Of a DNA stretch of 64,000 nucleotides, positions 53,600-64,000 are shown piece by piece (position 1 is the first letter of the stretch; every line of letters begins with the position of its first letter). The translations under genes and the position numbers were made by a program. Source of the DNA: Octopus vulgaris (Eukaryota); assembly GCA_951406725.2 (NCBI GenBank), contig OX597816.1, positions 111,042,001 through 111,106,000 on the forward strand. Reading direction: 5' to 3'. Below the pieces are notes generated by a model, which saw only the letters and a list, made by a program, of their open reading frames with translations, did not search any database and was not told the origin of the DNA.

Positions 53600-54500
53600 T
53601 CCAGGAGCATGAACCTATGATATATCGATTACTGTCCGATGAAACATTATGCCAACAGAGAAACATATTTGCTTACGAGTAATTGGAAAACAATTCAACA
53701 GTTAGAATGAATAATCTTTCCAGCTATCTGTGCCTATTGTAAGCTTCAAAAAGTAATTCAACTATGAAATGCTTTTGCGGAATATCTTATTGAAGATCAC
53801 GTGTTATGTATTTTCTCCTAAGATTTCCCACTGTCAGTTAAAATCTCCTCAGTTGCAACTGAAGAGATTTTATAACCAGTACCAGGAAATGTCCTAACGT
53901 ATTTTAGTATTGATCAAATAATTAATGACAAAAAAAAGGAGATAACTACTACACAATAGAATTACTTAATTCATTTACTCCACGTGGAATACTATCTCAC
54001 AAACTGAATTTGAAAGTAGAATCAATTGTAATGTTATTATATAATACATCAATGCAGCAAGGGCTATTTAGTAGAACTAAACTAGAAATCGTTAACTTAC
54101 ATTGTAACTACAAGAATGTTTGTTAATAAATGGAGCTTTGGCTGCCGGGTAAACGTGGATATTTACAGTTTAACTGGTTAATAGCGAACACAATTTGCCT
54201 TTTAGTTTACAAATATCTATTTCCTGTTACATTATCTTTTCACTGAAAAATGGTAATATGCAGGGCCAAACATTTAATAAAATAGAGATTTGCTTACCGC
54301 AGCATATCTTGAGACAAGGATATTTATTTGTTGTATTCTCTAGGTATAGAAAACTTATTGATACTTATTTGTTGCATTCTCTAGGAATAGAAAACTAACG
54401 AAAGAGTAGCTAACACCAATAGGCAAGGAAAGCAAATAGAAAAAAATTATCACCAAAATTAATCTATACTAGGAAGTATTAGATTAATGCTGTTTATGAT
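53600..54500 (+). mobile_element. Decayed Helitron PIF1 helicase C-terminal half
   Basis: VFSPKISHC..EEIL..PGNVLTYFSID..LNLKVESIVMLL..QGQTFNKIEICLPQHILRQGYLFVVFSR. Confidence 0.7.
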
Positions 54501-54739
54501 AATGAAAATTAATGGAATAATCTTTCAAATGATACAATGATGAAATAAATTTATTGTACGACAGTGCAATGTTATTAATTATTGATTTTCCTTAATATGG
54601 TTCTTCTATTGATTTGTTTATTATGCAAATCATATTTATTATATTAAGCGTATACCAATATTAATTCAAATCTTGATTAAGTAATATATATTTTTTTAAT
54701 AATTCAAATCTTTCTCGTTTATCCATGTTATATGTAAGT

Positions 54740-55000
54740 GTACAAATATATTCAACAGTACAACCATAATATTAACAAGGATTCAACAACTGCATACTCA
54801 GATTTGCTAAAGCACTATCAATGCAGTTGCACGTTAGAGAAAAATATTATAGATGAGGTATTCAACTGTGTTCCATATGAAAGATTGCTTAATGCGTTTG
54901 CTGCATACATCATTCTTTCAGTTCATTTTCAGTCATTTTGAGAATGTTGCCATAATGGAAATATAAATAGTCATGAATTATTACTTTCTCATGGATATTT
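54740..55000 (+). mobile_element. CR1-like RT remnant
   Basis: STTAYSDLLKHY..DEVFNCVPYERLLNAFAAY resembles KAFDSVPHERLL.KL.AY. Confidence 0.4.
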
Positions 55001-55260
55001 CTGTATACCTCTTTCTAGAGATCGCTCACCTCCTGATACAAGGTAAAAGTATTAGATTACAACTTTCAAGATTGAATAGATGATAATTGTATAACTATGA
55101 ATATATTTTACTGCTTCAGCTACAAGATAAATGCTACTTATGTAGACTTCTCACAATCTCAATACGTAATGACTTCCAAAATAAATACAGGTCTTATATA
55201 TTTTAGATTCATCTTTAAACGTACAATATTAAAGTTATTTTTCTACGGGTGCTGCTAGAC

Positions 55261-55294
<34 letters not shown>

Positions 55295-55342
55295 GTAGTA
55301 GTATTATTATTGTTATTATCATCATCATCATCATCATCATCA

Positions 55343-56106
<764 letters not shown>

Positions 56107-56129
56107 CATTATTATTATTATTATTATTT

Positions 56130-56986
56130 TCATTATTATTATATGTTTGACTTTTGCTTTACATTTGTACAAGTTGGCTCCAAGTCTCATTCAGAGAACT
56201 CAAGAGACAACAAGCTGGAAGTTCATGTTGGTGTTATGTCTAGGGTGCCATATATTTGGTTTTGTACTTAGTGTTGCACTAGTGAATGTTTAAGAAACCA
56301 TAAGAAAATAATGTTTGTTTTAAAACTTGAGATTACATAGAAAGAATTTTGCATAGGATATGAGCAGTTCCTATGAGCACTATCTTTTGAATTTCTGCCA
56401 TTTTGGGGTTTCCTCGTATCTGAGTTAGGTAGCAATCAGCTCCTTTTGCTATCATTCCCAGGTCACCTATAACAACAGGTATTGTTTTAGTCTTCAGGTT
56501 CCACATTTTGCTGATTTCTATTTCAAGATCTTTATATTTGTTCAGTTTTTGGTAGGTCTTAACAGATACGTTTATATTGGTTGGGACAGTCATATCAATG
56601 AGGAGGCATGATTTTTGTCTGAAGTCTTTCAATATGGTGTCTGGTTTATTCGCATTTATCTTTCTGTCAGTTTGAATGGTGAAGTTCCAGAGGAGTGAAA
56701 AGTGATCATTTTCAAGTACTGGAGGTGGTTTGTGTTCCCACCAGTTTTTATCATGGGGCAAGTCAAAGCTTTTGCAAATTACCCAGTGAATATATTGTGC
56801 AGTTCTATCATGCCTGTTGAGATATTCTGTAGGCACAAGAAGACTGCACTTGGAGACAACATGATCAATGGTTTCATTTTGTTGTTGACGTACATGATAT
56901 GTTGGGCTACTGCCGTTCTTTAATATGTTGGCCTAGTAGTTCCTTGTAGGTAGACATTGATCTAGAGCTGCTATGATAAACTCTTC
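56130..56986 (-). mobile_element. 5'-truncated R4/Dong element, subfamily 2 (RLE endonuclease end plus 3' UTR)
   Basis: ETIDHVVSKC..YLNRHD..LLWNFTIQTD..KPD..LIDMTVP..KLNKYKDL. Flanked by (TAA)n. Confidence 0.9.
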
Positions 56987-57069
<83 letters not shown>

Positions 57070-57169
57070 ATTATTATTGTTATTGTTATTATTATTATTG
57101 TTATTATTATTGTTATTATTATTATTGTTATTATTATTATTATTATTGTTATTATTATTATTATTATTC

Positions 57170-60100
57170 AGTAGTTTTATTTTTATAGCGTGCTTTCACT
57201 TCACTACCGAGCGCAGCTCTGTGTGCCTTGGGTATGTGCTGTGATTTGTTGTGATGATCTGATGGTTATTGTATGGAAAGTGTTCTGCGTAGGATGTGTG
57301 CAGTGCCTAGTAGTGCAATTTTCTGTATGTTATATGTGTTTGTAAGTCCTGGTGTTTTTGTTATGTATTTGTCTGAATATTTTTTTATCATGCCTAATGC
57401 ACCTTCTATGATAGGAATTGTTTCTGTTTTCAGGTTCCACATTCTAGTTACCTCTATTTCCAGGTCTTTGTATTTTGAGAGTTTCTCCATTTCTTTTAGA
57501 GACACGTTGTCATCAGCCGGTATTGATACATCAATTAGAAAGCATTTTTTTCTTCATGATCTCTGACAACTATATCTGGTCTGTTGGCCTTAATTTCTCT
57601 ATCTGTGTGTATCGGCATATCCCAGAGTATGGTTGCTTTCTCGTTTTCTGTGACCTTTTCTGGTGTGTGCCTATACCATCGTTTTTCTGTTGTTATTCCA
57701 TAATGTTGGCATAGCTTCCAGTGTATGTAGGTTCCAACTCTGTCATGTCTGTGAATATATTCCTTCTTAGTCAGGACTGGGCAGCCAGAGATAATATGAT
57801 TTATTGTTTCTTGTCCATCTCCACATATTCTGCAGTTACTTTTTATATTTCTTTTCATTACAAGTTTTTGGTAATTTTGGTAATCCCTCTGTTTCTACTT
57901 TGAGTCCTGAGCTTCTCAATCATTGCTGGGATTTTTCTTTGTCTATTTCTTTTGCGTTTAGTTTAGTCCTGTATTTACAATGAAGGGGCTTTTCTTGCCA
58001 TCGTTTTATCATGGTTCTTTGATGTTGTAGTTTTAGTTTGGATTTCATTTGTTTTATAGCTTTTGTTGTTTCTTCATCTTTTTCTTCTTCTTCATATTTC
58101 TTAGGTGGTATGATTTCTTGTTTGTATTCGTCAGCTTCCTTAAATACTGAAAACAGTTTTTTGTTTTGCTCGTGTTTTGCCGCTATTTTATAGTAGTTTT
58201 CTAGCTCTATAAGGCCTCTTCCACCTTCTATACGTTGTATATATAGTCTTTCTATGTCAGATTTTGGGTGATGCATCCTAGATCCTGTCATTATTTTTCT
58301 TGTTTTCCTATCTATTTTGGTCAGTTCATTTAGTGTCCAGTTAAGGATATTGTAGCTGTAACATATAACTGATACAGCTAAAGTGTTAATACCTATTATC
58401 TTGTTTTTAGCATTGAGCTCTGTTTTTAGTATTGATCTAACTCGTCTATAATATTCTTTTTTTACTTTCTCTTTCATTTGTGTGCGTTGTGTCTTATCTA
58501 GTTCATGGATTCCTAAGTATTTGTAAGTTTGGCTTTGGTCTAATTCTTTTATTTCATTGGATTTATCTAGTGTGATGTTGCTACTCTTAACTAGTTTTCC
58601 TCTTTTCAGGGTTACTTTGGCGCATTTATCTAATCCAAATTTCATATCTATTCCTTTGGTAAGTCCATGAACTGTCTTTAATAGTGTTTCCAGCTGTTTG
58701 TCATTTGTAGCGTATAGTTTTAGGTCATCCATATATAAAAGGTGGCTGATCGTTTTGCCGTAACATTTATATCCGCATCCAGTACTATTTAGCATATCAG
58801 ATAGAGGTGACAGTGCCAAGCAGAAAAGGAGGGGAGAGATCGTGTCTCCCTGGAATATTCCTCTTCTAATGGGGATGGCTTTGGTTTTCATGAGTCCCTC
58901 TTTTGTTTGGAGCTGTAGCACTGTTTGCCATTTATTCATAGAGTGTCCAATGAATTTTATAATTGTTGGTGCAACTTTGTTAATGGCTAGTGTTTCGAGT
59001 ATCCATGTGTGGGGGATGCTATCAAACGCCTTTTTGTAGTCGATCCAGGCCATACTGAGGCCTTTCTTCTTTCTGTGGCTGTCTTCAGTAATGGCTTTAT
59101 TAATCATTAGTTGATCTTTACAGCCATATGAACCTTTGCGGCATCCTTTCTGCTCTTCTGGAAACGCGTTGTTTTCGTCCAGGTGCTAGTTCAACCTTTG
59201 CGATATCACTGCAGTAAATGCCTTGTACATTGTAGGGAGACAGGTTATTGGTCTGTAGTTTTCTGGTTTTGCTGTCTCATTTGATTTGGGAATTAAGATG
59301 GTTTTCCCCTTCGTGAGCCATTCTGGCATTGTCTCTTGCTCTGTCAGTATGTTGTTAAAGTTTTCAGCCAGCTTTTTGTGCATTCCTGTTAGATATTTCA
59401 ACCAGAAGTTGGGGATCTTGTCATGCCCAGGTGCCTTCCAGTTGCTTAGTCTTTGCAGTGCCTGGGTGACCTCTTCAGTTGTTATGGGGGTTCAAAGTTG
59501 TTCAGATGCCGAGTTTGTTATTTTGATACTCCTTTTTTTTTTTGTTGTTCGTTCGTCGACCATATTTCTCTCCAGAATTCTTCCACTTCTTCTGCCGTTG
59601 GTGCTGCAGTGATTTCTATTTTATTTTTGACAAGTTCTTGGTAGAACTTTTTGGGGTTGGAGTTGAGCTTTTTGTTTTGTTCAAAGAAGCGCTGGCGTTT
59701 CTCGTACCGGCGGATCCTTTGTGTTTTGGCAAGGATATCTTGCTTTAGTTTTTCTTTTATCTCGGGTGAATCTTTTTCTGTGATGTTGTATTTGCGGAGT
59801 ATTTTTTGTTTTCTTTTTGTTGCTCAGTAGCGTTGATTGTCTACTGATTTCATTAAGAATCGACAGATCTTTTCTCATTTTGTTTTGGATGTTATTTATC
59901 CACATGCTTTGTTTGGGTGGTGGTACTCCTGTTTGGATGGGTTTGAGTGAGTATCCATCTTCTGTTGTGGCTGCAGTGGCTGCTGCGTATCCTAAGTCAT
60001 TTAGCTCAGTGATATCGCTTTTTGTTTCAGTGGCTATTAGTTCCGTGACAGGTAGGTTTATGCTGTTTATAATTGATGTTGTTGTTTCGTCTATTTTGAT

Positions 60101-60466
60101 TTTTGGGAGGAATGGTCGGTGCTCCATCTTGAGATCTGTGTTTTTCAGTTCTTTGATTATTCTACTTTTTATAGTATCATAATCATTAGGCTTCCCTTCG
60201 TTGTTTTCAGGTTTTACATTTGTGTCACTTTTTTTCACGTTCGTATATTTGTTTGTCGTGTTTTTGCTTGCTGTTTGTCGTGTATTATTATGCATCCTTA
60301 CGGTCTGGGTTTGTCGTTTTTTGTTTACATCGTGTTTGTTGGGAATGTTACGTTTGTCTTCGTGTTTTACTGTTCCAGTGTTTATATTATTGGGCATTGT
60401 TGTGTGGCTTCTATCTACATCTTCCTGATGTATTTTTTCTTTTAGATGTTCTATTTCTATTGCTGA

Positions 60467-60467
<1 letters not shown>
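57170..60467 (-). mobile_element. Near full-length R4/Dong non-LTR retrotransposon (RT plus CCHC plus RLE), frameshifted
   Basis: ENYRPITCL, WIDYKKAFDS, GIFQGD, HLLYMDDLKL, YKYLG, GGRGL, CRICG..ETINHIISGC, RHD, RPD, EKLSKY. Confidence 0.95.
57920..59107 (-). pseudogene. Reverse transcriptase ORF fragment of the R4/Dong element
   Basis: 395-aa open frame with the YMDD catalytic motif, bounded by in-frame stops. Confidence 0.92.
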
Positions 60468-60554
<87 letters not shown>

Positions 60555-60855
60555 GAAGGAGAGAGCAGTGCATGCTATCAAGGTGACACTGGAGTAAAAT
60601 ATACGAACCCCAGTATACCTATCATGACTACCCGTCTGAGAAGAGTACACTAGGCACATGCATCACAACCATATAGGCGTGACATGGTAATCTCCTATCA
60701 AGATAAACAGCACATGACCTTGCAGGTGGGGCCAAGTTAGAATTTTCTTCTAGTCGAGTAACCCATCTGTTATACCAAGACAAAACAATGTACATGATAA
60801 CATTTCCAATCAGTTTAGATCAGAAGCCACGAGAGCCACTGCCTTGTACTGCATC
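60555..60855 (-). mobile_element. Block A': deleted copy of block A upstream of the Dong ORF
   Basis: Colinear with 55393-55605 and 55855-55942. Confidence 0.8.
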
Positions 60856-60940
<85 letters not shown>

Positions 60941-61481
60941 ATTGGTGATATTGTTCTTATTGGGATTATAGGAGGCCGTCAATACTAATAAGGACAGCAA
61001 CTACAGCAGCAATAGTTGTTTTCTACTCTTAGCCTTGTTTTGTTGATCCAGTTATGCATCACAAGTGGTCTGCTAGATATTGTAGTCAACTGTCATCTAT
61101 GCTGCAGTCTCTCGGCTACAAATAATTTGAACTCAACTTCGTCTAATAATAAACTGTAATTTCAGATATACTTTCTTTTTAAAAGCAGAATTATTATTCA
61201 CTGATATATTAAACGAATATGTACATGTCCTTGGTACCCACCATGAGTCACTCCAAACAGTAACATGGTGCCGTAACTGTCTAAGTTATATTTACTTGCA
61301 GCTCATCATGTGTTGAGATACATTTATGATTAGGACTCTGTTCTATATGTTCATTCTCTTGTTTTTTGCCTGCACTGCAAACAACAAATAATTTTAAACT
61401 TTAATGTAACGCTCTCACGCTTAATAATCACCTTCTCATCAGATAATAGAAGATTATGCAAAGATTATGCCTTTCACCTCG

Positions 61482-61580
61482 GTATCTCCACACAACAGCA
61501 ATCTCAATATCTCTACACAGCAGCAATCTCTGTATATCCACACAAAAGCAATCTCAGTATCTACACACAACAGCAATATA
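61482..61580. repeat. Minisatellite, about 25 bp x 4
   Basis: Unit approximately gtatctccacacaacagcaatctca. Confidence 0.8.
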
Positions 61581-63049
61581 CACCTCGTGTGCACTGCATT
61601 CACGCCTTCACTAATACATGCACACACTCTCATATACGAAGTCGCAGTCATACAAACGTTAGCTATCTATCACGCCTTGTTATGAGTGATAGTATCCATT
61701 TATACCTCTATGCTCTACAACATGCAGGCAGGTAAACACTCACACATTGCTACCACATACCTACACAAACACATGCACACGATTCCTGTATATTTATATA
61801 TAACTTGCCCTTATTTTCGTATTCTTTAAACTACCTTCGCTCGTTTCATTTTATTCATCTACTGGCACCCATCTTACAATAAACCACTAATTTGCAAACT
61901 ATCGATCCATACAATTTCGTCCTTTAATTGGTCATGCTAACTTTGCCCTTAACTACACACATATAGCGGCTTTTCATTGTTTTGAAGGGGCACCACCTGA
62001 AACGATAAAAACCTCCTTGCTGTTTACCCCTAGCATAATTATATATTTTGTTTTCGTTGTTTTATTCTTGTGTATTTCTCATGACTTTCTTAATATAAAC
62101 TGAAAACCTGATCAATGAGAGTTACTTAGAATTGGAATAAGTTTGATAATTATGTATCATTGTCATGATAGTGGAAAAGATAATAGACCTTTTAGTTATA
62201 TTACTTGTTACGAGAAAGCATCTGATATTGAAACAGATGGTTTTATTTATTTCCATTGATGCCTAACATCAATGGAATAAGCTTCGACATTATAGTCATA
62301 AGAATAACATACAATACCTTTGGAGGGATTTAGGCTACATAAATACTTAAACAAGCGTTATGACAAAAATATCCAGAGGCTCGTAAGAGAGTTCCCAGAT
62401 CTTCAATTTAGATATTTAATCATTTTAATCAATTTCCTTCAAATAGATTATGTGCAGAAGTTGTTTATTTGAAATAGAGGATGATATGATCAACCCATTT
62501 CTAAGAAGGTAAATAATCTCAACATGGAATATACTCACTAATCAGATAATTCTTTCTTTCACAATGTTTCTCTTATAAACTTTTAACTATACGATCTTTG
62601 CTTGTTATATTAACATAGCTTTATATTGTGTCGGATCGACGTAGCTTATATTCTTATGCCTGCTATGAATCTCATATTGCATACAATGTATTATGCAAGT
62701 TTTAATTGGTGGCGTATAGGAGAAAGTGTCAAACAGCACTCAGTTATTTCCCATTCCGTGTTCAGCTCGAATACAGCTGAAGTTAACCAGGCTTTTGTAA
62801 CACCAGCAGTGGACAACAAACCTACTATTAATATCATCGACTGATTTGAATCACTGTGCCCTATCCATATATAATTATATATTGTCTAAATGAATAATTT
62901 CAAATTCTGCGAGAAACCATAATTTGAAATAGATATAATCCTTCTCTTGTACTCTCCTACAACTACAAGCGAATGATTTGAAGATACTTAAAGAAAATCT
63001 TAGTAGAGGTAATACCATCAATCCAATCAGGTGATGACATTCTATTATT

Positions 63050-63900
63050 GAGATATTCTACCCCTTTTTTCAAAAGGGCGAAGATCTACTACGATCGGTT
63101 TGAAAATCCAGGTAGTTACTCACAGTGCATTAGCCATAACAACCCAAACGTAATATCGAAACACTTCCTTTACTAAGAAGCAAAAAGGACAGAAGCTTTT
63201 TTTGTAAATGCAGAAGACACCTGATCTGCGATTTGGGATTTCAAAAAAAGTTTTGTGCATTGTGAAGAAAAAACTTAAATAACATAAAAGGAAGAACGAC
63301 ATAGAAGTAGATGTTAAGACAAAAAACTCTATGAATTATTGTTCCAATAAATGGAGGATGTTAAAAGCTAAGGTTGCTGGCTGTGTTTGACAGGGGGAAA
63401 CCTGAAACAAAACCCGTTTTTTTTCTAATTATAACCGCTTAAAACAAGGGAATATAAGGAATTAGGCAAAGACAATGACTGATAAGGCTAGAGACACAAA
63501 GCAAACACAGGAAGAGAAGATAAATATTAAATCATCTTCTAAGTGAATGCAGAAAGCTAGCAAGTAGTTTGCTTTTGACACAGGCATGACTGTGTCGGCA
63601 AAAGAATAAACTGTAATGTCAACCAGGATTGTGGATTCGAAGTGAGTGACAAATAGTATGAATACTAGTCCGATGCTGTGGTAATAAATGTTCATTAAAG
63701 AATTTTATGGGATTTCTTATTGAGACTCATCACAATATGGAAAAAATGAAATCAAATATGATCGTGATGGACAGAGTTATAGTACCATTGTTTTATTACG
63801 GCTATTGCATGACAATGTCATGTAACCCAACCCCAGGGTTACGTGATGAATGCTACTTAACATGAAAACTGTATTATCAATAAAATCCGCTTCCTTCAAT
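63050..63900 (+). mobile_element. Old R4/Dong remnant in the opposite orientation
   Basis: SECRKLA..RHDCVGKRI..GFEVSDK..ILWDF in shifting frames. Confidence 0.55.
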
Positions 63901-64000
63901 TGAACGCATATCACATATTAGAGAATTAGTAGTGTCTAATCCAGATTTGATTGAAAGCTGGTTAAAAGCCTTTCAGACACTGTGTTAAGAAACGCAATGA

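Noticed and set aside
61482-61580. CRISPR-like array
   Set aside because: Contiguous tandem units with no unique spacers, in eukaryotic context.

Overview
AT-rich, microsatellite-dense eukaryotic DNA. The SINE families and repeat style look like an octopus or other coleoid cephalopod genome (inference only). I found no convincing host gene, rRNA, intact tRNA or CRISPR array, and most listed ORFs are artefacts of simple repeats. The window is mostly transposon remnants: tRNA-derived SINEs, Helitrons, Penelope-like elements (PLEs), Tx1/L1-like ORF1 units, RTE/CR1/L2 fragments, mariner, DD37D maT, hAT and a head-to-tail R4/Dong array within (TAA)n. The most notable signals are retroelement-borne ribozymes. 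One is an HDV-like fold resembling the mammalian CPEB3 ribozyme at the 5' end of an internally deleted RTE (33155-33333). The others are an intact type I hammerhead (20047-20126) and about ten degenerate or variant hammerhead motifs, several associated with fold-back repeats. All alignments and folds were done by eye, and old-element boundaries are approximate.
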